From positions 21,483 through 85,482 of IMG/VR virus record IMGVR_UViG_3300017989_000062: 64,000 nucleotides of DNA; one strand, written 5' to 3'. Below, in pieces: positions 18,489 to 28,774 of this stretch. A model generated the notes under the pieces. It was not told where the DNA came from, made no database searches, and was given only the letters and a program-made list of their open reading frames with translations. Source of the stretch: a virus (Duplodnaviria > Heunggongvirae > Uroviricota > Caudoviricetes). A program made the position numbers and the translations under genes. How positions within the stretch are numbered: position 1 is the first letter of the stretch; each line of letters begins with the position of its first letter.

Positions 18489-20384
18489 CTATAATACTAG
18501 ATTCATATCTCCAAAATCAAAATTATCTTCACCACCTACTTGATCTTCATTTACTGCTCCTTTAATCTTCAATAAGATCAAATCCTTGGTCATAATACAT
18601 TGCTCTAAATTAGATCGAAATGTTGAATATGCTTCTTTTTTGTTGTCACTTTCATTCCATACATATAAAGCTTTGACAACATCATCACCAAGTTCTTCCA
18701 TTTGAATTGTTGTGTAGTCAAAATTTCCATCAAGCGTTGATACATATTCAAGAAATTTCTCTTTTACACTTTCTGGAATTTGCTTAATGTAATCAACTTC
18801 ACTAAGAACTCTATGAATGTTTGAATTATATTTTACGGTTTTCTTTTTATGATCAACCTTCTTATGAGTTGGGTTTTCCGAAACTTCTTCCCCAAGTCTC
18901 ATTTTAACTGTTTTGTCAACAATTGTATTTATAATTTGTTCTATAGTGTGTTTATTCTCGTATGGTATCAATAAAGTCCCTTTTTCAAAACCAAAATCAT
19001 GACCTTCTTTTACATCAGGAACTTGAGAAAGAACTGGTCCGATTTTATCAAGAAATTTTTCAATATCACTAATGTGTATATCTTCAGGAAGATTAAAAAA
19101 TCCTTTATCCTTATAATATTGATATCGAGTCATAACACAATTCTTAACAACATCAGGTTTACATTTTACCAAGAAACTGAAAACAAACGGATCTAGAAAA
19201 CAACGAATCGCTGTATACACAATTGATAAATTTTTATTAGCATCAGCGTCTCTTGATTCTCTTGTTTCCCTAACTCTATGAACATAAGCAATTAGTGTCA
19301 AAAGATCATATGCTAGTTCAATATTGTTTACTGATGGAGGTGTTGAAGGGTTATATCTCAAAATACCAACAGCGCTTGGAATTACTAATTGTTGTTGAAT
19401 GTAACCTCTTAAAGCAGTCCAGAAATTTACTTTTGATAAATAAGCAAGTGACTTGTGTTCAATATCTGAAAGTCCAGGAAGTAATTCATCAAACGACAAA
19501 TTCATTCTAACACTGATATTTGAAATAAATGCTTCTGTTGGCCACTTTGGATCATGATAAATTGTTTCGATTAAATTAATGAAATTTTCAACTTTGTTAT
19601 CAAGAATCTTCTCAAAGAAAACACTTTTGATCTCTTGAACAACTGGTTTATCCGACACACCAGTTTCAAACTCCATTGACATATGCTCTACTTCTGGAAT
19701 TGTTGGAGATACTTCTTGTTCAAACTGACTAAAATCTTTCAACATCTCCATTGAGTCTTTTGAAGTTTCTTGTTCAGACGTATCTGGCTCTACTGTCACT
19801 TGATTGTTTACGGTAGGGTTGCTCAAATAACTTGGTAATTTTTGAATGCTTGTTTTGATTCCATTGAGTAATTCTGTATGTAAATTATTTTGATAATCTC
19901 TTTGAAGATCTGTATATATTGTCCAGAAATTATTTTGAAATACATTCAGAACTTTACATAATATTGTAAATTTTGGAAACGGAATCGCAATTTTACCTTG
20001 ATCTGATTCATTAATTATTAGTGACAAAACTACTATTTGATTTCCATCATCACCAACGCTTGCTACTACATGTAACTGGATGTTATACCCACGTTTTGTT
20101 ATAGCGTTATTTTCTCCTTGTTGGCAAACAAGATCTGGGTTTTTGAAATTTGCTTTAACAAGAGATTGAAGTAAATCATCAACACCTGCAAAATCTAAAC
20201 TGAAATTTCTATTTCTTCCATCTAGATTTCTAAGACGTAGATAAAGTTTTGGTGGGTTGAATGTTTTACCATCAGCAGTTGACGTAGTAATGTCCACTGA
20301 AAGTGAACCACCTGTGTTGTAGATCTTATCTTCGTGATAAAATAATTGACGATTAATCCATGTTCTATTCTCGTCATAACTCAT
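18489..20384 (-). CDS. large hypothetical protein
   Basis: 631-aa ORF with AAGGAG RBS and an acidic C-terminus. Confidence 0.75.
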   Translation of the reverse strand: MSYDENRTWINRQLFYHEDKIYNTGGSLSVDITTSTADGKTFNPPKLYLRLRNLDGRNRNFSLDFAGVDDLLQSLVKANFKNPDLVCQQGENNAITKRGYNIQLHVVASVGDDGNQIVVLSLIINESDQGKIAIPFPKFTILCKVLNVFQNNFWTIYTDLQRDYQNNLHTELLNGIKTSIQKLPSYLSNPTVNNQVTVEPDTSEQETSKDSMEMLKDFSQFEQEVSPTIPEVEHMSMEFETGVSDKPVVQEIKSVFFEKILDNKVENFINLIETIYHDPKWPTEAFISNISVRMNLSFDELLPGLSDIEHKSLAYLSKVNFWTALRGYIQQQLVIPSAVGILRYNPSTPPSVNNIELAYDLLTLIAYVHRVRETRESRDADANKNLSIVYTAIRCFLDPFVFSFLVKCKPDVVKNCVMTRYQYYKDKGFFNLPEDIHISDIEKFLDKIGPVLSQVPDVKEGHDFGFEKGTLLIPYENKHTIEQIINTIVDKTVKMRLGEEVSENPTHKKVDHKKKTVKYNSNIHRVLSEVDYIKQIPESVKEKFLEYVSTLDGNFDYTTIQMEELGDDVVKALYVWNESDNKKEAYSTFRSNLEQCIMTKDLILLKIKGAVNEDQVGGEDNFDFGDMNLVL

Positions 20385-20614
20385 CTTTGAAAATCTCCTT
20401 TCTTAATGAATAGTTCTATTTTAAATATGTTACTTAGACAAATAAAATTTTCTTTTTAAGAAGACGGAAACCCTACGCCAAGGCGCCCAAGCGCCGGATG
20501 GAGTAGTGGTGGACGTAAGGGTTGGAGTAGTATATTTCTTCTTTTCTTTTTTAACATAGTTATAAAACTTTCTTATATATTAAATAACGTCATATATGAT
20601 GTAATAGTCTATAT

Positions 20615-20638
20615 GTCTATAGTCTTTAGACTATAGAC
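20615..20638. repeat. perfect 10-bp inverted repeat GTCTATAGTC-TTTA-GACTATAGAC
   Basis: Direct reading; lies in a 378-bp AT-rich intergenic region. Confidence 0.85.
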
Positions 20639-20762
20639 TATGGCAAAATTAATTGGTTAATTTTATTGAATAAAGAGTTAATTTTAAGATCACAAGAAAT
20701 TCAAATATTTAAAAAGGAAATTAAATATAACTTTTTCAAATTCAATATCAAAAAAGTAAACA

Positions 20763-21731
20763 TTATATTTTCACATCTCCAACAAATGGTTTTAAAATTG
20801 AAATCTTTCCTTCTGCATAATCTTTAATTTTTTGATCAATTTTATCTCGAGCCTTCTTACCTGGATCAATTATCTGTATAGCTTTCTCTTTCTCTTGATT
20901 TTCGTAATCCTTTTTCAAACGTTTGTTTTCTTGAACATTACAACGTCTACATTGGACCCAAATATTACCACAAGATTCTTGTAATCTGCGTATTGAAATT
21001 AAACCACTGTTTTCAAGAATTTTTAACCATTCTTTAAATTGTTTATTCCAACCAGGAGTAGTTAAGTTTAGTTTTTTTCTAACATCATGTAAATCAATTT
21101 TTGGATATATTATATGATTTAGATGTAGAAGATATTTTCTAAAAAATAAAGACGGGTATTTTGGCAGGTTGTATAATTTATCAAAAATATAATCTGGTAA
21201 GACTGAGACGGCACCAGCATAAACGTTATGAAGAAATAAACTCCCAAGAATAGATTCAAATTTTAGAGTATATGTTTTATCTATTAAAGATAAGTTACAA
21301 ATAAAATCATTTTCAATATCTATAAAATGTTGAAACTTATATTTTTCATTAACTAAAGTCATGATTCTATATTTACCAGTAAACTGATAATTTGAAATTA
21401 AAGTTAATGTTCTTTGAATTTCTTTAGAATTCAAATGTTTAGTAGCTGGAAATAAAGCAAAGTCTCTGAGTGTTAACACAACTCCTTTTTTATAAATATT
21501 TTGTAAAACTTCAGATGATTCAAAATTAGTAACATATTCTGGATTACAAAGGTATGGTAATTTTGTAGATATGTCTTTACATTTATTACCGTTGGTAGAT
21601 GCCCACTTTTTAAATTTATCCCTTGTTTTTGTAGCAACCAGATCCATAACCTTGTAACAATTCAGAGTCCATTCCTTCGACGGTGTAAAACAATTGTTGA
21701 TTCCTCTTTCAATAATAACCTCAGTGTACAT
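20763..21731 (-). CDS. putative winged-helix DNA-binding protein (replication-initiator-like)
   Basis: C-terminal IDLHDVRKKLNL...FKEWLKILENSGLI resembles a wHTH; family assignment is inference. Confidence 0.4.
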   Translation of the reverse strand: MYTEVIIERGINNCFTPSKEWTLNCYKVMDLVATKTRDKFKKWASTNGNKCKDISTKLPYLCNPEYVTNFESSEVLQNIYKKGVVLTLRDFALFPATKHLNSKEIQRTLTLISNYQFTGKYRIMTLVNEKYKFQHFIDIENDFICNLSLIDKTYTLKFESILGSLFLHNVYAGAVSVLPDYIFDKLYNLPKYPSLFFRKYLLHLNHIIYPKIDLHDVRKKLNLTTPGWNKQFKEWLKILENSGLISIRRLQESCGNIWVQCRRCNVQENKRLKKDYENQEKEKAIQIIDPGKKARDKIDQKIKDYAEGKISILKPFVGDVKI

Positions 21732-21813
21732 TCAAAAACTCCTTTCATAATATTCAATATTACTCCATTATTATGTTACGCGTTCATAAAAAAATATCTT
21801 ATGGAACACAACG

Positions 21814-21835
21814 CTATATATATTATTTACTAAGA
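21814..21835 (+). promoter_or_regulatory. class-1 candidate phage promoter
   Basis: CTATATATATTATTTACTAAGA, identical to 60395-60416. Confidence 0.75.
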
Positions 21836-21889
21836 AATTTGTTAGGAAGTATTTCTACACACTATGAACAAAATCTAAAAGGAGGCGCA

Positions 21890-22051
21890 ATGGAAGAATT
21901 AGTTTATGAGCTTTTTGGTTGGACTTCAGATGATTGGGCAGATGTAAAAGAAAACGTATTTTGTTCCTGTATCCTCCTTATCCTAGTGTGTATATTTATT
22001 ATACCTTGGATTTGGGGGTGGTTGTCTATACTTAAACTAATCTTTTTGTAA
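21890..22051 (+). CDS. small membrane protein
   Basis: GGAGG RBS before ATG 21890; hydrophobic C-terminal half. Confidence 0.6.
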   Translation: MEELVYELFGWTSDDWADVKENVFCSCILLILVCIFIIPWIWGWLSILKLIFL

Positions 22052-22061
22052 GGAGAATATT

Positions 22062-22274
22062 ATGAAATGGTTACTGGCTATCGTGATTACATTATTCATT
22101 ATTTACGGTGAATTGGGAGCAGATTCACTAAGTGTAAAGTTCGAGCTTGGAATTAATGATGAATATTGCACGGAGCTAGAATCTGAAATTGAAAAACTCG
22201 AACTTCAAACAATGTATCATGAAGGGTTATTAAAAATATATGTAGATTATTTTGAGGAAATACAAAAATATTAG
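22062..22274 (+). CDS. small membrane/secreted protein
   Basis: N-terminal hydrophobic stretch; AAGGAG RBS. Confidence 0.6.
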   Translation: MKWLLAIVITLFIIYGELGADSLSVKFELGINDEYCTELESEIEKLELQTMYHEGLLKIYVDYFEEIQKY

Positions 22275-22293
22275 TTGCTTTTTTCTGTTTAGG

Positions 22294-22309
22294 GAACAAA
22301 ATATAAAAC
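22294..22309 (+). promoter_or_regulatory. class-2 candidate promoter GAACAAAATATAAAAC
   Basis: Repeated motif upstream of the helicase operon. Confidence 0.45.
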
Positions 22310-22327
22310 AGAAAGGAGTATGTTATA

Positions 22328-22567
22328 ATGGCTTACGAGTGTCCACAGTGTGGGATGTTTCACCCACCACTACCAAAAGGGGAAAGATGCCCAATGGCTA
22401 AAACAAGTCAAGATGGGCAAGAAGTAAATTTCGAACTTCTATTTGTACCACTAAGAAACATTGTTGAAAGCCAAATTAGTAATAAGAAAATTAAAAATCA
22501 AAAGAAGCTATTTGGCGCTGTGGTTGTTGAGATCACAAAGTTTCTGGAATCATATAAGGAGGATTAA
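22328..22567 (+). CDS. small zinc-finger protein
   Basis: CPQCGMFH...RCP. Confidence 0.7.
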   Translation: MAYECPQCGMFHPPLPKGERCPMAKTSQDGQEVNFELLFVPLRNIVESQISNKKIKNQKKLFGAVVVEITKFLESYKED

Positions 22568-22569
22568 AC

Positions 22570-23811
22570 TTGGGTTTAAGCGAAGAACAAGAAAGGATAT
22601 GCGATCAAGTTGTTTATGATAAAAAATTGTTTTCATATGGACCCAAACAGAAACAACGTCAATCAATAACAATAGCAGGTTATGCAGGAACCGGAAAAAC
22701 ATATTTGATCGCAGAGATAGCCAAACGAATTCGCGCACTCAAAACAAAACGGTTTAAAATAGCCTTCTGTTGTTTTACTGGTAAGGCTTCTTCTGTTTTG
22801 AGAAAACGTCTGATGGAAGCAGATGCTATCAAAAACACAGACTATGCTGGAACTATTCATGGTCTAATTTATAAACCTCGTTATGGGACAAATGAAAACG
22901 GTCAACAGGTTATAGTTGGTTGGAATTTGATTAACGATATTGAACAAGATTTGATTATTGTTGATGAAGTTTCTATGGTCAATCGTGAATTGTGGAATGA
23001 CTTGAAATCATTTGGTGTCCCAATAATTGCTGTTGGAGATCATGGACAACTTCCACCTATTGGAGATAACTTCAACATTTTAAATAAACCTCATCATGTG
23101 TTAACAGAAATCCATCGTCAAGCTGCTGATAATCCAATAATTAAATTGTCAATGGATATCAGAAATAATGGCAGTATTCCATTTGGACAACATTCTGGAA
23201 ATGGAAGTAAAGTATATAAATTTAGTTGGAAGCATCGAAGCACACAAGATTTATTCAATAGTATTCAATGGACAAATGATTACATTATTTTGTGTGGTTT
23301 TAATGCAACTAGAGTTAATCTCAACAATATGATTCGAGCAAAGTATAAATATACATTACCTGAACCATATCCAGATGAAAGATTAATTTGTCTAAAAAAT
23401 AATCATTCAACAAAAGTTATGAATGGACAATTGGGGACAACAGTTTGGTTTTCTCGTCGTGCTCCACAAGTTTATGAAATGACTTTATCAATGGATGATT
23501 TAGACGGTGATTATTATACAACTTTAATACATAACTATTGTTTTGGAAAAGAATCATATGATGGTAGTTATGAGGAAGTAAAAAAGAAAAAACAAAGAAC
23601 TATCCTTAAACGAACAGGATATGACACCATGGATCTTTTTGATTATGGTTATTGTATATCTGTTCATAGAAGTCAAGGATCTGAATGGCCGAATGTAGTT
23701 TTGTTTGAGCAACGCTCTAAGCATTGGGATTATGACTATTACAAACGATGGTTATATACTGCAATAACTAGAGCAAAACAAAACTTATTTATTATTTCAG
23801 ATTTTTGGTAA
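22570..23811 (+). CDS. SF1B DNA helicase (Dda/RecD2-like)
   Basis: GYAGTGKT, IVDEVSMV, GDHGQLPPI, QGSEW, LYTAITRAK. Confidence 0.93.
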   Translation: MGLSEEQERICDQVVYDKKLFSYGPKQKQRQSITIAGYAGTGKTYLIAEIAKRIRALKTKRFKIAFCCFTGKASSVLRKRLMEADAIKNTDYAGTIHGLIYKPRYGTNENGQQVIVGWNLINDIEQDLIIVDEVSMVNRELWNDLKSFGVPIIAVGDHGQLPPIGDNFNILNKPHHVLTEIHRQAADNPIIKLSMDIRNNGSIPFGQHSGNGSKVYKFSWKHRSTQDLFNSIQWTNDYIILCGFNATRVNLNNMIRAKYKYTLPEPYPDERLICLKNNHSTKVMNGQLGTTVWFSRRAPQVYEMTLSMDDLDGDYYTTLIHNYCFGKESYDGSYEEVKKKKQRTILKRTGYDTMDLFDYGYCISVHRSQGSEWPNVVLFEQRSKHWDYDYYKRWLYTAITRAKQNLFIISDFW

Positions 23812-23820
23812 GGAGGAGTT

Positions 23821-23958
23821 ATGTGGACAATCTTGATATGGGGATTAGCCATTTTCGTTGCTGGTCATGCTTTATACAGAATGGGTGAAGCCGCAGTACA
23901 AGGAGAGTCCAGTAGAGGAAGTTTGGTGAAAGGAGATTTGACTGTTGAGCGACACTAG
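23821..23958 (+). CDS. 45-aa membrane peptide (not in ORF track)
   Basis: AAGGAGG RBS, MWTILIWGLAIFVAGHALYRMGE...RH*. Confidence 0.6.
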   Translation: MWTILIWGLAIFVAGHALYRMGEAAVQGESSRGSLVKGDLTVERH

Positions 23959-24223
23959 AGTGTTTATTTGTATCTTCATCAGTTCAGCTTTGGTTGGGTT
24001 GGGAGTTTTCGTCTTCGGTATGGAGTATATTGAATTTTTAAAATATGCTTGGCCAATTTGTATTGTCGTAAACTACATTGTTTTATATGTTCTGAAGAGA
24101 TTGAATTCACATTATTTTGGTACATTCTTTGTAGTAATCTTCGGACCCATTACTTTACTTTCAATGTTTTTTATTGGTCTATCATTGAGGATATTTCCCA
24201 TTGTTACGGTGAAATGTCGGTGA
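23945..24223 (+). CDS. multi-pass membrane protein
   Basis: Three hydrophobic segments. Confidence 0.6.
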   Translation: MSDTRVFICIFISSALVGLGVFVFGMEYIEFLKYAWPICIVVNYIVLYVLKRLNSHYFGTFFVVIFGPITLLSMFFIGLSLRIFPIVTVKCR

Positions 24224-24225
24224 TA

Positions 24226-24256
24226 GAGAGGGAGGTTTTTTAAACTCCCTTTTTTG
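24226..24256 (+). terminator. intrinsic terminator
   Basis: AGGGAG(G)TTT/AAACTCCCT stem plus T-run. Confidence 0.7.
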
Positions 24257-24290
24257 TTTATTTTTTTGTTTAAAGTAACAAATAAATAGG

Positions 24291-24698
24291 ATGGTGTATA
24301 TGACAAATTTGACAAAAAAGATTTCTAAATTAATGAGATCATGGAATGTTGATATACATGAGCAATATGAAAAAGATGGAGTTGATATAATATGCACCAA
24401 CATGATGATTCTCTCATGTTTCTCTGAAGAAGGAGTTGTAAAACTGTTATTTCATGTTGCAGCAAAACCTGATGAATCAGCTCAGGTTGTGTTAGCATTA
24501 AAAGAGCTTAAAGAGATTAACGAGGTAATTATCACAGATTTATTTGTTTATGTTGATAATCTAACAAATATTGTTACAGGGGATGATGCAATTCATGCTT
24601 TTGAACATTCTATTAAGTCAAATATCATTGGAGAATTTATAAGCGATCAAGAACAGTTACATTTTTTAGCAACATGTCATGATTTACCTGAATGTTAG
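24291..24698 (+). CDS. hypothetical protein
   Basis: ORF between the terminator and the clamp loader. Confidence 0.7.
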   Translation: MVYMTNLTKKISKLMRSWNVDIHEQYEKDGVDIICTNMMILSCFSEEGVVKLLFHVAAKPDESAQVVLALKELKEINEVIITDLFVYVDNLTNIVTGDDAIHAFEHSIKSNIIGEFISDQEQLHFLATCHDLPEC

Positions 24699-24719
24699 AA
24701 TGATAGAAAGGAGAAGTTT

Positions 24720-25706
24720 GTGAAGATAGAGCAATCATTATGGGTGGAGAAATATAGACCAAAAAAGTTTGAAGATTTAGTTTTACCAGAAGACTATAAA
24801 GAACAGCTCTACCGATATATTAAAACAAAAGAAATTCCAAATTTGTTATTTAGCGGTCCTCCTGGTGGTGGGAAAACCACCCTTGCAAGAATTATTGCTT
24901 CTAAACAAGGTGTGTTAGGTAATCCACGAGATAATGTGTTGGAGATTAATGGATCTTCAAAAGAAACTCGTGGTATTGATTTTGTTGATAAGGTTATTGA
25001 ACCGTTTTTGAAGATACCACCAGCAGGCCAAGATCGATGGAGACTTGTATTTATTGATGAGGGAGATCAATTAACAGATCCTGCATTTAAAGCGTTGCGT
25101 GGTGTTATTGAGAAGTATCAGGTTAAGCATGGACGCTTTATGATCACATGTAACTATCTTTCAAAGATTCCAGGTCCAGTCCAAAGTAGGTTTACACCTT
25201 ATATTTTTAAACAAATTCCAGTGAATTTTGTAATTGATTTTTGTAAGAATGTATTGAATACAGAAGGTGTAAATTTTGAAGAGAATGATTTAAAATTTGT
25301 GGTGGATGGGTTATATCCCGACGTCAGACGCATTATTGACCACTTACAACAATGTTCAATTAAGAACCGATTAAAGGTTAATCGAAAATCAGTTCTCACC
25401 TCAGAACGTGTTTTAGTGAGTTCGATGGTTGAGATTTGCAGTCATGTTATGAATGGTCAGATGCATAAGATTAACAAACTTGTTGGAGTAATCACCAATC
25501 TTTTAAATGAACATGATTTGGAATTTAGAAGTGTTTATACACAGTTGTTTTTCAATAAAGATATTAACGTTGCAGCAAAGATTGTGATTAACCAAGCTGC
25601 TAATAGTCATAAAGATTGTCTTGTACCAAGCATGCATTTTATGGCTATGGTTTTAAAAGTTATACAAGCACTTGGTCAATATAAACAAGCTTCGAAGGGA
25701 AAGTAA
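24720..25706 (+). CDS. clamp loader AAA+ subunit (T4 gp44 / RFC small-like)
   Basis: WVEKYRP, LLFSGPPGGGKTT, FIDEGD, TCNY, PDVRRII. Confidence 0.93.
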   Translation: MKIEQSLWVEKYRPKKFEDLVLPEDYKEQLYRYIKTKEIPNLLFSGPPGGGKTTLARIIASKQGVLGNPRDNVLEINGSSKETRGIDFVDKVIEPFLKIPPAGQDRWRLVFIDEGDQLTDPAFKALRGVIEKYQVKHGRFMITCNYLSKIPGPVQSRFTPYIFKQIPVNFVIDFCKNVLNTEGVNFEENDLKFVVDGLYPDVRRIIDHLQQCSIKNRLKVNRKSVLTSERVLVSSMVEICSHVMNGQMHKINKLVGVITNLLNEHDLEFRSVYTQLFFNKDINVAAKIVINQAANSHKDCLVPSMHFMAMVLKVIQALGQYKQASKGK

Positions 25707-25707
25707 G

Positions 25708-26121
25708 ATGGGAAATATATTAACAAGAAGTGAAAAACAAAAAGCTGATAAATTACATCACTTTCTTAAGAACTATTCTACAATCATGGAAATACAATCT
25801 GTAAAATGTAAAGCGTGTAATGGTTCTGGATTATCCGGAACTACTAAACTTAATAATGGACAAGGTTTTTCTTGGAATGGGGAATATTGTCCAGTTTGTA
25901 GAGGCACAGGATATATTGATTTTCGAGATAATAACGAGTTTGCTATTTGCAGTAGTTGTAACGGAACAGGTGGTTCAGGTGCTGGTTGCCCTAAATGTAA
26001 TGGAAGAGGTGTTGTAGATTGGGTTGAAGCGATGAGAATGGGAGTTAAAACTGGCATTACTAATGAAGTAGAGGATAAAGAAATGGAGGAAAGTTTAGCT
26101 ACAATTTTTCCTCAAGAATAA
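25708..26121 (+). CDS. DnaJ-type cysteine-rich zinc-finger protein (no J domain)
   Basis: Four CxxCxGxG repeats; start moved to ATG 25708. Confidence 0.75.
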   Translation: MGNILTRSEKQKADKLHHFLKNYSTIMEIQSVKCKACNGSGLSGTTKLNNGQGFSWNGEYCPVCRGTGYIDFRDNNEFAICSSCNGTGGSGAGCPKCNGRGVVDWVEAMRMGVKTGITNEVEDKEMEESLATIFPQE

Positions 26122-26131
26122 TGAGGTACTC

Positions 26132-26362
26132 ATGACAAGACTTCCGCTCTATATACAACACGTTTTAAACCCATTACATGTTTATTGTAGACTTCGTGAT
26201 TTGAATATTAGAAAAACTTCAGCATTAGAAATTGCGACAGTATATGATAAAATGTTCTTTCAAGTTTTAAAAACAGTAACAACAATAAATAATTTTAATG
26301 GTGAATTAAAAGACGTTAAATGTAACAATAATAAAAAGGGAAATGGTGAACTTGATTGTTAG
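26132..26362 (+). CDS. hypothetical protein
   Basis: Operon-coupled ORF. Confidence 0.6.
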   Translation: MTRLPLYIQHVLNPLHVYCRLRDLNIRKTSALEIATVYDKMFFQVLKTVTTINNFNGELKDVKCNNNKKGNGELDC

Positions 26363-27336
26363 GTATTTACGAAGATAACTTTGTCGAATATTTACGAGAA
26401 CATCTCGGTGATCCAATAAAGACGACTCCGAAGAATATAGTGTGTCGTTGCCCGTGGTGTGAGACTGGTGAAGACAAAAGTCATTATCATTTGTGGATTG
26501 GTTTAGATTCACCTATTTTTCATTGTTTTCATGCTGGCTGTGAACAAAAAGGAACTATTACAAAACTTGTAAGATTTATCAATGGTGCAGACCCAGATAA
26601 GTTTGTAAATAAAGAACGTGTTAAAGCTAGCATAAAAAACAAACTTAAATTTGAACGTAACATAGTTAAACCTCAAGAAATAAAAATCCCGCCTCTAAAT
26701 ACTTCTCTATTTCAATATAAATATCGTTATATTCAACAACGTTTAAAATTTGCCAATATAAGTATATCAAATATAAAGGGATTAATTTTTGATGTAAATT
26801 CATTCATTGAACTTAATCAACTGCCAATCGACCCTACTTTATTTAGAATTAGGGATTTTTTACATTCTAATTTTGTTGGATTTTTGACAGAGAATAAATC
26901 TGTTGTCATTTTGAGAAATATTGATCCAAAATCATCCTTCCGATATTATAAACTTAGAGTTCAAGATTCTAAGTTTCTTGATTATTATAAGTTACCTGGT
27001 AATAAGAGATTTTCTACACATATAGTTCTTGCAGAGGGAATATTTGATATATACTCCGAACATATTTTTGATATAACAGGTATGAAAAGTGAGAGCTGTT
27101 TATATGCAGCAGGTCTTTCAACATCATATCATGCTCTAGTTAAAAGCATTGCTTTACATGAGTCAATCTTTAGAGCAAATGTACATATTTTATCAGACCG
27201 AAATGTTGATTTAGACTACTATAAAAAAATCAAAAAATATAACGGTCATATAATTGATACAATGACTGTTTATTATAATCGGTTGGGTAAAGATTTTAAT
27301 GATACGCCAATTGATGTAGAAAAGTTTATAATATAG
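26356..27336 (+). CDS. DNA primase (T4 gp61/DnaG-like)
   Basis: Zn motif CPWC...H...FHCFHAGC; TOPRIM VLAEGIFD and ILSD. Confidence 0.85.
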   Translation: MLGIYEDNFVEYLREHLGDPIKTTPKNIVCRCPWCETGEDKSHYHLWIGLDSPIFHCFHAGCEQKGTITKLVRFINGADPDKFVNKERVKASIKNKLKFERNIVKPQEIKIPPLNTSLFQYKYRYIQQRLKFANISISNIKGLIFDVNSFIELNQLPIDPTLFRIRDFLHSNFVGFLTENKSVVILRNIDPKSSFRYYKLRVQDSKFLDYYKLPGNKRFSTHIVLAEGIFDIYSEHIFDITGMKSESCLYAAGLSTSYHALVKSIALHESIFRANVHILSDRNVDLDYYKKIKKYNGHIIDTMTVYYNRLGKDFNDTPIDVEKFII

Positions 27337-27352
27337 GAGAGGAATTAATGAA

Positions 27353-27886
27353 ATGATACAAGACAGGATGAAAGAAATTTTCCATACAATAATTAATACA
27401 GATCTAAAGTATTCTGGTGATCTTGAAGATATTGATTATTTTAATTTGTATTGTAAGGCAGCGACCGATGACCATGTATATAAGTTGTTGGGTGCAAATT
27501 TTTTTATGTTGAATTACAAACATGAAGGTGATAAATCAGTTCTAATGGTATTTTCAATTCCAATAAACTCAGATTCTGGAACGAAGCATATTGCTGAACG
27601 AGTAATGGAGATTATTGAAAATACTGAACGGTGTTTTGTTACATTAGATTATTCAAGTTCAATAGAAAACAAAGATGACAAGTTTGTTTATGTAACATTG
27701 GTAAAGAAATATGATAAAGATTTTATACAATCATTGTCTAGAGAAACCGTAAAAAAGCCACTAAAAAAGAAAGCGAAGAAAGCGAAGAAGAAGGAGGTTA
27801 AAATTGAACCCGAGAAGAGCAAGGATGATTCAACAGTTGGTGTTGAAAAAGGATCCGAATCTGTTAGCAACGATAATCAATCTTAA
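27353..27886 (+). CDS. hypothetical protein with Lys-rich tail
   Basis: GGAG RBS; KKPLKKKAKKAKKK. Confidence 0.7.
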   Translation: MIQDRMKEIFHTIINTDLKYSGDLEDIDYFNLYCKAATDDHVYKLLGANFFMLNYKHEGDKSVLMVFSIPINSDSGTKHIAERVMEIIENTERCFVTLDYSSSIENKDDKFVYVTLVKKYDKDFIQSLSRETVKKPLKKKAKKAKKKEVKIEPEKSKDDSTVGVEKGSESVSNDNQS

Positions 27887-28000
27887 AGGTGAAGGAACGT
27901 TTAGAAGAATGAGTGGTATTGGTGTTTTTAAATGTGCGAAGAAGCTTTGGAAACAATATGGAATCAAAGATAATTGGGGTAATAGAAAGGAGAATTAGGA

Positions 28001-28774
28001 ATGGAACAAACGATTAATTTAGATGCTGAAAAATTTGAGGAATTTTTGAGATGTGTTTCTATTTTACGAGACCATTGTAATGATGCTGATATTCGTGAAG
28101 GATATATTCGTCAGCGAGCAAATGAAAACACATCTGTATTTGAGTTGAATTTAACACCTTTGGTTGGTGATATAACAATTCCAGTATCCGGTTTGAAACA
28201 AAAAGCAGATTTGTTAAAGATGTTTTCAGAACAAGAAGTTGAGATCACTGTCAATGTTCCGGAGGCAGAAGGAGAAAATGGGTGGTATTCTTTTTCTGAT
28301 CAGTATTCTATGCTTAAATTTGAGATGCCGGATCCTGATTATATGGATAATAAGTTTATCAGCTCAGAAGAAATGGCTGGAATCTTTGCTTTAAATGATG
28401 AAGATAGAATTTTAAGTGCTGATATTTCTAGTTTCATATCTGACAGGATGAAAATTGTTGCCAGCGGTTTTAATGTTAACACTGTCCAAGTTGAAGTGGT
28501 TGGTGAAGAAGCGTCAATTTTTACCAAGACTCAATCTGGTGATCAATATGCCAAGTTTCTTGAAGGACTTGTTACTGATAAGGTTTTGAATTGTTCTTCA
28601 CATATGGTTATTACACCATTTATTATTGACCATGATGGAGATATTGCATTTACAATGTATAATGTTCAACCCAATGTATCAGCAAATAAATATTCAACAA
28701 CCATTGCTGATATTGAAGTAAACCTCTATACACGTTCTTCTTTGGTTGATACAGGAGAAGACTCGGAGGAATAA
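28001..28774 (+). CDS. sliding clamp (gp45/PCNA-like)
   Basis: 257 aa, acidic, two-domain clamp-like pattern, near the clamp loader and primase. Confidence 0.65.
   Translation: MEQTINLDAEKFEEFLRCVSILRDHCNDADIREGYIRQRANENTSVFELNLTPLVGDITIPVSGLKQKADLLKMFSEQEVEITVNVPEAEGENGWYSFSDQYSMLKFEMPDPDYMDNKFISSEEMAGIFALNDEDRILSADISSFISDRMKIVASGFNVNTVQVEVVGEEASIFTKTQSGDQYAKFLEGLVTDKVLNCSSHMVITPFIIDHDGDIAFTMYNVQPNVSANKYSTTIADIEVNLYTRSSLVDTGEDSEE

Noticed and set aside
27804-27998. Small ORF between 27886 and the sliding clamp
   Set aside because: Overlaps the upstream gene, with a weak RBS for the internal ATG 27909; not enough support
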